Source: Methanobacteriota archaeon (lineage in GTDB: Archaea; Thermoplasmatota; Poseidoniia; Poseidoniales; Poseidoniaceae). Taken from it: a DNA stretch of 64,000 bases. Below, one piece after another: positions 49,214 through 58,856 of the stretch; the stretch's first letter is position 1; the number at the start of each line of letters is the position of its first letter. The notes under the pieces are model-generated. The model was not told where the DNA came from. It did not search any database and worked only from the letters and a program-made list of their open reading frames with translations. Both the position numbers and the translations under genes were made by a program. Location: contig JABIGM010000050.1 in assembly GCA_018650165.1 (NCBI GenBank), positions 1-64,000 of the forward strand, in the 5' to 3' direction.

Positions 49214-50536
49214 TCAGAATCCTCTTGCACCTGCTAGTGCGGTAGATAGAAGCATATCTGGCTCCCAATCCATGATGTTGACTCCCAAACTGCTCAGTTC
49301 GCTAATCAGTACATCTCTTTCGGTTTTCAGAACTTCATAACCAGTACGGTCGAGTCTCTTAGCATCGAATTCAAATTCGAGGCTTGAAGGTGAAAGTACA
49401 GTAACATCGAAATTACGAGCTCTGAAATCACGTAGTGCACTAATAATCGTAGGATCATCTTCTAAATTTGAAAGTACGATAATTGGACTTCCCTTATTGA
49501 TATGCGGTAATATTCGGTTAACTACCACTTGAAGTGGTACGTTTCCACGAGCCATTGCGCCTGCTAATTTAGTTAGTATGACGTACAATTGTTTCTTACC
49601 AGTGTCACGGTCTACACTTACAACTTCATCACCGTAGGTGATAAGTCCAACCGAATCTCGTCGACCAAGGAAAAACTTAGCAAGACTAGCGGCCGCCCTT
49701 GTCGAGTAAACCAATGCATTTCGTGAAACAGGACCTGTTTCGGAAACTGCACGTGAATCCACAATCAGAATGATATCACTGACTGCATCTCTCTCACGCT
49801 CATTGACCATTAATTTACCACTACGGGCATATGCAGACCAGTTAATCGCTCGGAATGAATCTCCTTCGAAATACTCACGGAGTGAGTAAAACTCGGAACC
49901 AGGTCCTGGTTGACGGATATTTACCGCACCTGTGAAAATTTTCGGAACACGTGATTTGACGAATGTATCTTTCAATTCTTCCATCTTCGGGAACACAAGG
50001 AAGTCGTTGTAGACATGCAGCTCTTTTTCCTTGTGGAATAACCCGAATGGGTCTTGAACACGGACAGCAACCGGGCCAAGGCTGTAGAATCCTCTCAAGG
50101 GGCATTCGACTGTGTATTCGATGAAGGTTTCACGGCGTGGACCAAGTTCCATTAAGATGTAATTTGCACCATCTTTGATGCGCATTACTTCAGGTACTCG
50201 GTCACGTACTTCCAGAATCTTTCCTAGTGCAGAGTGATTTTGCATACGCAAAGTCACTCCAACTTCACCATCTTCGAAAATTCGGGCACTAGAGAGTTTG
50301 CGCATTGCAGAGACATTAGAAAGAGCAACTCCTTCTTCACCTGTCCATTCATCAGCACGACGACCACTTGCAGATACATCTGCGTGGCTGCCGAATAATG
50401 CGGCCCATGTAAGGAATACAAAGATTACCACAGCAATGGTAACCAGTTGAGAATTCCTCAAGGTTAGACCTAGCAAATACATTGCTACTGCCAGGGATCC
50501 CAGCATTGCACTCTTACGACTCCACATGCTACGCAC
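49214..50536 (-). CDS. DUF58 family (vWA-related) protein
   Basis: RGFYSLGPV...DPFGLF, GSEFYSLREYFEGD, INWSAYAR, RRDSVGL. Confidence 0.92.
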   Translation of the reverse strand: MRSMWSRKSAMLGSLAVAMYLLGLTLRNSQLVTIAVVIFVFLTWAALFGSHADVSASGRRADEWTGEEGVALSNVSAMRKLSSARIFEDGEVGVTLRMQNHSALGKILEVRDRVPEVMRIKDGANYILMELGPRRETFIEYTVECPLRGFYSLGPVAVRVQDPFGLFHKEKELHVYNDFLVFPKMEELKDTFVKSRVPKIFTGAVNIRQPGPGSEFYSLREYFEGDSFRAINWSAYARSGKLMVNERERDAVSDIILIVDSRAVSETGPVSRNALVYSTRAAASLAKFFLGRRDSVGLITYGDEVVSVDRDTGKKQLYVILTKLAGAMARGNVPLQVVVNRILPHINKGSPIIVLSNLEDDPTIISALRDFRARNFDVTVLSPSSLEFEFDAKRLDRTGYEVLKTERDVLISELSSLGVNIMDWEPDMLLSTALAGARGF

Positions 50537-50563
50537 TCTCTCTATTTCCGATCATTAATTTAA

Positions 50564-51739
50564 TCAAACGGTTGGTACAGGTACTTCGCGTAAGATTGCT
50601 TGGATAACTTCACCAGGTTCTAGACCTTTGATCTGGTGTTCAGGCTTCAAGATAATTCTGTGTGCTAGAGCTAATTCTGCAACGGTCTTAATGTCATCAG
50701 GAGTGATGAAATCGCGACCACGTAGAGCTGCTGCTGCGCGTGAAGTCTTCAGGAGAGCCTGAGAACCACGAGGTGAAGCGCCGACTAGAACACGAGGATC
50801 TTCACGGGTTCTTGTTACAACTTCAACCATGTACATGCGTAGAGCTGGGTCGACATAAATGTCTTCACATGCTTGTTGCATAGCGATAACACGCTGTGGG
50901 TCTGTGATAACATCGACATCGACGGCATCCTTTCCACGTTCAATACGACGGCGCAGAATTTCATCTTCATCTGCACGATCTGGGTAACCTACGCTCATCT
51001 TGAACAGGAAACGGTCAAGTTGTGCTTCAGGTAGTGGGTATGTTCCTTCTTGTTCGACAGGGTTTTGTGTTGCCATAACAATAAATGGCGCTGGGAGTTT
51101 GTGAGTGACTGTACCGATAGTCACCTGCTTCTCTTGCATAGCCTCAAGCAAAGCAGCTTGAGTCTTTGGAGGAGCACGGTTAATCTCGTCAGCTAGTAGC
51201 AGGTTACAAAATAGTGGACCTGGTTTGAAGGTAAATTCTCCCTTCTTAGCATCGTAGATGTTTGTACCGGTAATGTCTGCTGGTAGCAAATCCGGAGTAA
51301 ACTGCACACGCTTGAAGTCACAACCTAACGCATCTGCGAAAGTATTGGTCATCAAAGTCTTAGCAAGTCCTGGATAATCTTCGAACAGTAGGTTACCGTT
51401 TGATAGAATATTGATCAGAACGTTGTCAATAACGTGTGCCTTACCGATAATTACCTTCTGGACTTCGGCGCTAATCGCTGACGATATCGCTCCGACGGCC
51501 TGAAGACGTTCACGGACCTCTGGGCTACTCTGGTGTTTAGGCTGTGCCTGTGCCGGGGCTGGTGCTGCGGGTGCAGGTGCTGCAGGGGCTGGGGCCGGTG
51601 CTGCTACTGGCATAGGTGCCGGTGCTGCAGGTGCAGGCGCTGGTGGCGCTGCTGGGGCCGGGGCCGGTGCTGGCGGTGCTGCTGGTGCAGGTGGTGCCGG
51701 CGCAGGGGGGGCTGCGGGTGGTGGTGGTGCTGGCTGCAT
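50564..51739 (-). CDS. moxR: MoxR family AAA+ ATPase with Pro/Ala-rich N-terminal extension
   Basis: EDYPGLAKT, RVQFTPDLLPADITG, LLADEINRAPPKTQAALLEAM, ATQNPVEQEGTYPLPEAQLDRF, GASPRG. Confidence 0.95.
   Translation of the reverse strand: MQPAPPPPAAPPAPAPPAPAAPPAPAPAPAAPPAPAPAAPAPMPVAAPAPAPAAPAPAAPAPAQAQPKHQSSPEVRERLQAVGAISSAISAEVQKVIIGKAHVIDNVLINILSNGNLLFEDYPGLAKTLMTNTFADALGCDFKRVQFTPDLLPADITGTNIYDAKKGEFTFKPGPLFCNLLLADEINRAPPKTQAALLEAMQEKQVTIGTVTHKLPAPFIVMATQNPVEQEGTYPLPEAQLDRFLFKMSVGYPDRADEDEILRRRIERGKDAVDVDVITDPQRVIAMQQACEDIYVDPALRMYMVEVVTRTREDPRVLVGASPRGSQALLKTSRAAAALRGRDFITPDDIKTVAELALAHRIILKPEHQIKGLEPGEVIQAILREVPVPTV
51541..51739 (-). repeat. Low-complexity Pro/Ala repeat (PAPA/APPA) coding region
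   Basis: About 66 aa MQPAPPPPAAPPAPAPP...APAPAQAQ; much more GC-rich than flanking DNA. Confidence 0.9.
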
Positions 51740-51759
51740 GTCTTTTTTACCTCCTTAGG

Positions 51760-53340
51760 TTATTTCCCCCAAAGTCGAATTTGCTGCAAAATTTGCCTCA
51801 GTTCTTCGTTGGAGTATGAACGCTGTTGTGAATACAACAACTCAATCAGGCGTGGGTCCTTTACCATGGACTGGATTTCACCTGGTGTTTTCCTGGCCAT
51901 TTCATCACGGGTCAGGTCGCTAACTTGGCGCACTTTGGCCATCATGGCCTCCCGCACGCGGGTAAGATATAGATTCGGATCTACTTTGTTTGGTCTTTCC
52001 CTGAATCTCGTAAGGTCGAATACATGGCGCCAATTTTCTTTCTCTGGAACCACCATAATTGCAATAGATAGCAAAGCCATCAGATTCAGTACAATCAACC
52101 ACTTCAACAAGGTATCACTTGTTAACATTACAATTGCACCCATCGCCTCTGTGAATGGAGATGAAATCGCTGAAGTTATGTGGCGTGATTCATCGAATAC
52201 AATGTAGAAGTTTTTATTTTCACGAGTTATTGTCAACGAAATTTCGTCATTCTCGTGCTCCATCATATCCCTGATTAGTGTGACAAAATAATCTTTATTG
52301 CCTTTCCAATCAGTTTCGCTCCCATCTTGGGAAGAAAGTAATGATTCCCAGCATGACCTTCCGTCATAGTGGATTGAATCACATTGTTGCTTACCAGTAA
52401 CTTCTGCATCTGCAATATCCCAAAGATGGTTAGCAAATACGGAGTGGTCGGAAATGAATACAATACTTCCAGTTACATCGACTTCTCCTTCTCGAATACC
52501 CTTGACTTGGTCAATAGTTTCGATTCCAGGATAATCCATACGTACAATTAGCCCGGTGTTATTACCTCCGAGAATCGGATTGTCTTTGTCGTTTGCGTCC
52601 ATGTTTTCTCTAGCTATGAAAGCAGAGCCTGAAGCATGAGCCAGTACCTTCACATTACGTGAACTATCTTCATTATCTAGAACCTGAATCGCAGTAGGCC
52701 TGTGGAAGAGAATCGGTAGCGCACAATCATCGAATTCACCTGCGTTTGAAAGGTTAGAATCGCTGCAGTACGGTCGCCTCTCATACTGGTCTTCCCATAC
52801 TTTGTTTACTCCAGCAACTGCCCATAACTTTCGTGCATCTGGCGCCTCTTGTACACCAGTTTGGCTAGCTACCTCGTAGTATCTGTTTGGATCGACGACT
52901 GGGGCATCAAAAAATTTCACATCGAACTTATCTGCAACTGTTTGAGCATTGGTAGAGTTTGATGCGATTATGACCTTGCCACCGTTCTGAGTGACGAAAT
53001 CATAAATTGCATCAGCTTCAGAATTATCAAATGGTTTCTCAGGTGCTGCAATGATTAGCATTGTGCGGTGAGGTTCCCTCCAATCATTCACCAACATTGG
53101 AGTAGACATTGTATTTGCAATAACATAATCCAGTCCGTCATCACCAAGATCTCCTCTCATGGTAGATATCTGCTGATACTGAAGATTAGTATCCTCACTA
53201 TCTGTAACATAAGCAGAATACACGGTCTCCTTACCAGAAGCTGTTACAATGATGACAGTTGTTGAAAGTAGCATGGCTGCGACGAAGCCAACTAGTAACC
53301 AAGTTTCTAACTTGACCCCTGTTGTCTCTTCATCAGCCAT
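51760..53340 (-). CDS. DUF4350-like membrane-anchored protein (MoxR operon)
   Basis: N-terminal TM, LIIAAPEKPF..EADAIYDFVTQNGGKVIIA, VFISDHSVFAN, VFDESRH then TM; typical partner upstream of MoxR. Confidence 0.7.
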   Translation of the reverse strand: MADEETTGVKLETWLLVGFVAAMLLSTTVIIVTASGKETVYSAYVTDSEDTNLQYQQISTMRGDLGDDGLDYVIANTMSTPMLVNDWREPHRTMLIIAAPEKPFDNSEADAIYDFVTQNGGKVIIASNSTNAQTVADKFDVKFFDAPVVDPNRYYEVASQTGVQEAPDARKLWAVAGVNKVWEDQYERRPYCSDSNLSNAGEFDDCALPILFHRPTAIQVLDNEDSSRNVKVLAHASGSAFIARENMDANDKDNPILGGNNTGLIVRMDYPGIETIDQVKGIREGEVDVTGSIVFISDHSVFANHLWDIADAEVTGKQQCDSIHYDGRSCWESLLSSQDGSETDWKGNKDYFVTLIRDMMEHENDEISLTITRENKNFYIVFDESRHITSAISSPFTEAMGAIVMLTSDTLLKWLIVLNLMALLSIAIMVVPEKENWRHVFDLTRFRERPNKVDPNLYLTRVREAMMAKVRQVSDLTRDEMARKTPGEIQSMVKDPRLIELLYSQQRSYSNEELRQILQQIRLWGK

Positions 53341-53441
53341 TTAGTGTCACCTCGAATTCGGCTACGAGCAAACGCAACATCTTTCGCAACTTCGGACCAT
53401 TCATATAGATTCTCGTGGCTTGCTCAATAATAATATTGGAA

Positions 53442-53471
53442 TATCATTCCCGATGAAGCGGTATCATTCCC
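53442..53471. promoter_or_regulatory. 10-bp direct repeat TATCATTCCC x2, 20-bp period, upstream of the MoxR operon
   Basis: Copies at 53442-53451 and 53462-53471, flanked by inverted TGCTCAA (53421-53427) / TTGAGCA (53475-53481). Confidence 0.4.
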
Positions 53472-53494
53472 TATTTGAGCACAAATAACGCCGA

Positions 53495-54421
53495 TTAACG
53501 ACGAATTGTGGCAGCAAACATTACCGTTAAAATACAAATAAAGGCTGAAATTGCAGGAAGTGAATTTTCTTTAACTTCAAAATCAGAAGAGTCCGTACTA
53601 TCATTTCCTTCATCTTCTTCTTTGACCAAAACGTCTGGCGCATCAACATTAAATTCCAATTCACCCTCATACGAGATGCCGTTTCCTTCACTGGTAATAG
53701 TTACAATAAATTTGCAGGTTTTATCTGGGTGGCTAGAAGGAGCAAGTAATTTGACTGTACCTGCTTTGCTAACAGATATCGCTTCGCCTGTGTTCAAGGC
53801 TGTTATTTGTTCAAAGTTCATCTGAGGGCAACCTTTGAACGAAAGCCCTATTTTCGTTAAAGCATCGTCTACATTACCAATATTTAGTACACGGATTGTT
53901 ACTTCTTCATGGGTACCAGATTTTATTTCAGGCCCTTTACCATTAACCACTGGTTCAAATTCAATTTCAAATCCAAAGACTGATGAAAATTGAACTTGCT
54001 TTTCTATTTCTTTTTCACCAATACTCTGATCTCCAAAGAGAAGGGTCGCTTTCAAAGTAACAATATCGTAATGAGACTGCCTCGCATCTATCAATTCGCC
54101 ATTACTATTCAATCCACTTCCTGAGATCATTAATTCAAATGTCTCATTCGAGTTTGCCGAAACCGATACTTTCCCAGGGTCATCGACAATGAATAAATCA
54201 TTGGTCTCTATTTCAAAATCAAGGTCTGCAGGCACAGGCCGAGAATTGTCCACCCAGAATTTGATAACTAATTCAAAATTATAATTTGAATCTAATTCCA
54301 TAATCATAGGTTCTTTATCGCTATCCCATCCAATTTCCCAATCAGGGACACCTACATCTTGGGCACTTACAACAGGGCTGAGTATTGCCAATAGCAAAAT
54401 AGATGAGATGATTTTCTTCAT
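53495..54421 (-). CDS. Secreted Ig-like protein with PGF-CTERM-like C-terminal sorting signal
   Basis: Signal peptide MKKIISSILLLAILSPVVSA; C-terminus ENSLPAISAFICILTVMFAATIRR. Confidence 0.75.
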   Translation of the reverse strand: MKKIISSILLLAILSPVVSAQDVGVPDWEIGWDSDKEPMIMELDSNYNFELVIKFWVDNSRPVPADLDFEIETNDLFIVDDPGKVSVSANSNETFELMISGSGLNSNGELIDARQSHYDIVTLKATLLFGDQSIGEKEIEKQVQFSSVFGFEIEFEPVVNGKGPEIKSGTHEEVTIRVLNIGNVDDALTKIGLSFKGCPQMNFEQITALNTGEAISVSKAGTVKLLAPSSHPDKTCKFIVTITSEGNGISYEGELEFNVDAPDVLVKEEDEGNDSTDSSDFEVKENSLPAISAFICILTVMFAATIRR

Positions 54422-54425
54422 TTTA

Positions 54426-55370
54426 TCACTCCTCACATGCTCTTTTGACAAGTATTTTGATCATATTTCTTCGATACCTTGGCGGTAAAGCAGTATTGTT
54501 AACCGGTTTCGTTGAATCGTAGATTGCATTACAAATTGCTTTAACATCGCCATTAGAGATTGCTACTTCCTCATCATGTCTGCGAGGAATACTTTCCAAA
54601 GCAGTTGTTGCAACTCTTAGTGTACTTCTGTCACCCTTCTTCCATGCGGCTGCTGCGCCAGCTTCTGGAAAATCCCATGACTCTCTAACTCGTAACTTGC
54701 GATAGGCTCCAATCCAGTCCTCTACATCATCGGGTAGAGTTACTTTCAGCATAAATTCACCAGGCTGCAGAATATTTCGCGTCATTCCATCTAGTTGATA
54801 GAACTCATTTACCAATACATTTCGAGGGCCATTTGGGCCAATCAGATGTGCTGTAGCATTCAAAACCATCAACGTTGGAGCGATATCTCCTTGGTAAGTA
54901 GCGACACACAACTCATTTTGGTTAGGAATCACTCGGCAATCAGAGCCTGTTCCACAATCACACTTGTGGCACCAATCAATACTACTTCGCCACTCTTCTG
55001 TTTGATTATACCAGAAACATCGAGTATCCAAGCAAAGATTTCCGCCAAGAGTGGCGTTTCTTCGAATTAGCGAGGAAGCCACTTTACTAGCGGCTTCCGC
55101 TACAAGTGGGTGAGCATTGCCACCTTCTGCGAGGTCATGTAATCGTGCCATACAGCCTATTTCGGTCAGAGAAATAGAATCGATTCCTGCGATTTTTGCG
55201 AGTGAAATCACATGAGGTTTAGTATTAATGTGCCATTTGTAATTTGGAATTAAATCGGTGCCTCCTGCGACCCAATCAAATTCTTCACCTGCTTCTAACA
55301 GTCCAGCGGCTATTACACAGGCATCTTCCACAGATTGAGGATGGTGTAATTCAAACGGTGGCATCAGCAT
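54426..55370 (-). CDS. hcrB: Xanthine-dehydrogenase-family FAD subunit with 4Fe-4S insertion (HcrB-like)
   Basis: AGGTDL, IRRNATLGGNLC, Cys-rich insert RCFWYNQTEEWRSSIDWCHKCDCGTGSDCRVIPNQNELC, RKLRVRESWDFP. Confidence 0.8.
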   Translation of the reverse strand: MLMPPFELHHPQSVEDACVIAAGLLEAGEEFDWVAGGTDLIPNYKWHINTKPHVISLAKIAGIDSISLTEIGCMARLHDLAEGGNAHPLVAEAASKVASSLIRRNATLGGNLCLDTRCFWYNQTEEWRSSIDWCHKCDCGTGSDCRVIPNQNELCVATYQGDIAPTLMVLNATAHLIGPNGPRNVLVNEFYQLDGMTRNILQPGEFMLKVTLPDDVEDWIGAYRKLRVRESWDFPEAGAAAAWKKGDRSTLRVATTALESIPRRHDEEVAISNGDVKAICNAIYDSTKPVNNTALPPRYRRNMIKILVKRACEE

Positions 55371-58171
55371 TACTTACCATCCTCCATTTTTCTTTGCTCG
55401 ATTTTAGTCCAAGCACTACCTGCAAGGCCAAGCCCCTCTAATTGTTCAGAGGTAGGCCTCACTGCGATTTTCCAATCTCCATCTTGGTCCTCGGGGGGAA
55501 CGGTTGGGTCAAATCCAAATAATACTCCATTGATGTAAGGGTCGGTATCTTCTGAACGCTGACGGCGACTATCTCTTCCTCCGTGTTGTGAAGAACGCTG
55601 AACAATTTTTTGCTGTAACTCAGAGAAATCTAAACGTGGCGTAGGTAGGTCTTGGGCCTCAGCAATGTCTTCTCTCTTCATTTTCTTTGCAATTGCTGCC
55701 CAAACCTTGTCTGGTGTCAAAGGTAAATCATTGATTCTGATTCCAATTGCATCGTAAACTGCATTTACCACTGCAGGGAGAATTGGTAGAAGTGGGCCTT
55801 CTCCTGCTTCTTTAGCCCCGAATGGCCCTTCTGGGTCACATGATTCAATTATTATTGGAGTTACATTTGGCATTTCGTGAACACTTGGGATCTTGTAATC
55901 AAGTAAATTTGGATTCTGTAGATGACCGGTTCTCCCATACACCATTTGTTCTGAAAGCACCTGACCCAGACCCATATGGCAAGAACCGATGATTTGCCCT
56001 TCTACTGCGAGTGGATTCAGTGCTTTACCACAATCATGAGCGGCCCAAACATCTGTACATTTGATGAGTCCTGTTTCAACATCAACATCAACTTCGGCAA
56101 CATAGGCTGAAAACGAATATGCAGGAGCAAGGCCCGCTGCTGCACCTTTGTGAACTCCTCCCATCGGCGGTGTTCTGTACGCACCACTAGCAATTAGCGC
56201 ACCTTTGTCCTCTTGTGATTTATGCAATGCCTCGAGATAAGAAACTCCAATCGCGGGGTCTCTTTTACTGTAAATTCTCCTGTCGTTCAGTATCAAATAT
56301 TCCGCCGGCATATCCAATATGCCACTCGCCGCATCCACCAATTGCTCACGAATTTCGAGTGCTGCACTGATGGCAGCATTCGCATTCATGAATGTGACTC
56401 GAGATGAATATGAGCCTAAATCAACTGGACTAGTATCGCTTTCATGGGAGCGAACATGTATCATTTCCAATGGGAGTGCTAACACTTCTGCAACCACTTG
56501 GGCTATAGCAGTAGTAGACCCTTGTCCAATATCTGCAGCACCGGTATGAACTGTAACGCCTCCATCCATATCAATCTGGATATGTACGGTCGCATGAGGG
56601 AATTTATTTGGATCCCAATGAATAGGAAGTCCAGACCCTGATATGAAGAAACCACATCCGATTCCGATTCCCTTTCCTAAAGGTAATTTCCTGAACTTAG
56701 AATCCCACTGGCTACCTTCGCGCACTCGCTCTAATGCTTGCCGCATACCATTCGATGTAATTCTGAATCCAGTAATTGTTTTTGAATGTGGAGGTAATAA
56801 ATTTGCTAACCGTAAATCGATAGGATCTACTTGTAATTTTTCAGCCAAATCATCCATACCTACTTCGATTGCACATCTAGTGTTCACAGCACCATGGCCG
56901 CGCATTGCTCCACTAGCCGGTTTGTTTGTCCAAACACGAGCACCGGTATAATGGAAGGAACCTAACTCGTATGGAGCGGTTGCTAAAACACCATTGTAGT
57001 AAGAAGTGACGTGGCCAAAAGACGCAAATCCGCCTCCGTCAATCAAAGCATCAATCTCAAATCCGGAAATTCTCGCATCCTCATCTGCAAACATTTGTAC
57101 TTCGATGTGAGAGGGATGGCGTCCACGATTTACCCAAAAGACCTCTTCTCTGTCAAAAGTAATTCTAACTGGGCGCCCCGCTTTTCTGGCTAAAATCGCC
57201 GCACACATTTCATGCGGGAAAGGATCTGACTTTCCACCAAATCCACCGCCAACAAATGTTCGTATCACGTTGACCTGGTGCATTGGGACATCTAGAACAG
57301 TCGCTAGAGCTCTGTGTGCATAGTGCGGTACTTGCTGGGGGGTGTACAGTTGTAGACGCCCGTTTGAATCCCAATGAGCAACAACAGCATGGGGTTCGGT
57401 GAAGCCATGATTGACACCCATGAATTTCCATTTGCCATGGTGTGTTGCTCTGGCTTGTTCTAATTTGGAACGGTCACCAAACTCTTGGAAAACTCTTTTT
57501 TGAACATTGGTGGAGCCAATGTGATATTGCCCGCGCCAATGGATTGGATCATCAACGTCCAATAATCCCTTTTTGGGGTCATGAACCGCATCTAGAACTT
57601 CATATTCCACTTCGATTAATGCCGCCGCTTCACGAGCAGTTGGTTCGTCAATTGCAGCAACACAAGCCACAAGGTCCCCTACATGCCTGACTTTTTCAAC
57701 AGCCATTGCGTGTTCATCTTTTGTCACCGGTAGTACACCAAAGCGCTGCGGTGCATCAGCACCTGTAGACACCGCTAAAACGCCCGGTAGTGCTTCGGCT
57801 TTGGAAGTATCAATACTCTTAACCTTAGCATAATGATGAGGTGAACGAACAATTCTTCCAATTATTTCATTTGGCAATCGCACATCATCACCATACCATG
57901 CCTGGCCCGTAACTTTGGCATTACCATCAACTAAAGGAGTTCTTTTTCCAACAGATGTTCCAGTCCTGTATTTATCATGAAGATGTTGACCTGCCGGCTG
58001 TGATTCATTTCCGCCTTCAACTTCTGGGATGAAATCCATGTCTCTATCGGCCATTTCGGGCCTTGAACCACCTGAACCGGGAGGATTAAATTTAATTTTA
58101 CCTGCAACACGCTTTCCATCAACACGAACATCAGTGTTGCTTCCAGGTTGTTGAACATAGCCATCAGTCAT
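55370..58171 (-). CDS. hcrA: Xanthine-dehydrogenase-family molybdopterin-binding subunit (HcrA-like)
   Basis: KVTGQAWYGDD, QQVPHY, GGGFGGK, PASGAMRGHG, DIGQGS, GSYSSRVT, GAKEAGEGP. Confidence 0.8.
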   Translation of the reverse strand: MTDGYVQQPGSNTDVRVDGKRVAGKIKFNPPGSGGSRPEMADRDMDFIPEVEGGNESQPAGQHLHDKYRTGTSVGKRTPLVDGNAKVTGQAWYGDDVRLPNEIIGRIVRSPHHYAKVKSIDTSKAEALPGVLAVSTGADAPQRFGVLPVTKDEHAMAVEKVRHVGDLVACVAAIDEPTAREAAALIEVEYEVLDAVHDPKKGLLDVDDPIHWRGQYHIGSTNVQKRVFQEFGDRSKLEQARATHHGKWKFMGVNHGFTEPHAVVAHWDSNGRLQLYTPQQVPHYAHRALATVLDVPMHQVNVIRTFVGGGFGGKSDPFPHEMCAAILARKAGRPVRITFDREEVFWVNRGRHPSHIEVQMFADEDARISGFEIDALIDGGGFASFGHVTSYYNGVLATAPYELGSFHYTGARVWTNKPASGAMRGHGAVNTRCAIEVGMDDLAEKLQVDPIDLRLANLLPPHSKTITGFRITSNGMRQALERVREGSQWDSKFRKLPLGKGIGIGCGFFISGSGLPIHWDPNKFPHATVHIQIDMDGGVTVHTGAADIGQGSTTAIAQVVAEVLALPLEMIHVRSHESDTSPVDLGSYSSRVTFMNANAAISAALEIREQLVDAASGILDMPAEYLILNDRRIYSKRDPAIGVSYLEALHKSQEDKGALIASGAYRTPPMGGVHKGAAAGLAPAYSFSAYVAEVDVDVETGLIKCTDVWAAHDCGKALNPLAVEGQIIGSCHMGLGQVLSEQMVYGRTGHLQNPNLLDYKIPSVHEMPNVTPIIIESCDPEGPFGAKEAGEGPLLPILPAVVNAVYDAIGIRINDLPLTPDKVWAAIAKKMKREDIAEAQDLPTPRLDFSELQQKIVQRSSQHGGRDSRRQRSEDTDPYINGVLFGFDPTVPPEDQDGDWKIAVRPTSEQLEGLGLAGSAWTKIEQRKMEDGK

Positions 58172-58188
58172 TGTAACACCTCATTTGA

Positions 58189-58776
58189 CTAATTTGGACC
58201 TGAAGGATGGGGGTCAGAGTGGGCTGAACTCGCAGGCTTTGCCGGTGAAGCATCTCCTCTATGGATCTCAGCCGCTGCTTGGATTGATTGAATTATTTGC
58301 TGATATCCTGTACAGCGACAAAGATTACCTTCGATAGCAGTTGATATCTCTGCATCGGTAGGATTAGGATTCTTATCGAGCAGTGCTTGAGAGGAAATTA
58401 AGAAACCAGGCGTACAAAAGCCACATTGGGAACCTCCATGCTCTGCAAAACATTGCTGAATCGGTGCGAGGTGAGCGCCATCAGCAAGCCCTTCAACTGT
58501 CGTGATTGTGCTGCCTTGTACATCTTGAGCCATGGTAAGGCAAGATAAACGTGGTTGGCCATCTACCATCACTGCGCAGCAACCACATGTCCCCATGTCA
58601 CAACCGCGCTTCACTCCGAGGCATCCAACTTTATCTCTAAGGACATCTAGTAAGACTGCATTAGAAGGGGCTAACACCTCTTGAGGTTGCCCATTAACCT
58701 CTGAGTTCCAAACTTTAGTATGTGCCGCTGGAATCATAGAAACATGCTCATCACCTACCATCTGAGACACCAACAA
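58189..58776 (-). CDS. hcrC: 2x[2Fe-2S] subunit of XDH-family enzyme (HcrC-like)
   Basis: GCDMGTCGCC...SCL, QCGFCTPG, NLCRCTGY. Confidence 0.85.
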   Translation of the reverse strand: MLVSQMVGDEHVSMIPAAHTKVWNSEVNGQPQEVLAPSNAVLLDVLRDKVGCLGVKRGCDMGTCGCCAVMVDGQPRLSCLTMAQDVQGSTITTVEGLADGAHLAPIQQCFAEHGGSQCGFCTPGFLISSQALLDKNPNPTDAEISTAIEGNLCRCTGYQQIIQSIQAAAEIHRGDASPAKPASSAHSDPHPSGPN

Positions 58777-58856
58777 CCCATGGGAAGTCGAATCACCCTT
58801 TCAGCGTTGGCACGATTGGATAATAATTTGAGATGATGAAAAACAATAGTTCTAGA

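Noticed and set aside
51533-52207. 224-aa Cys/Arg/Trp-rich + strand ORF
   Set aside because: Antisense translation of the MoxR Pro/Ala repeat
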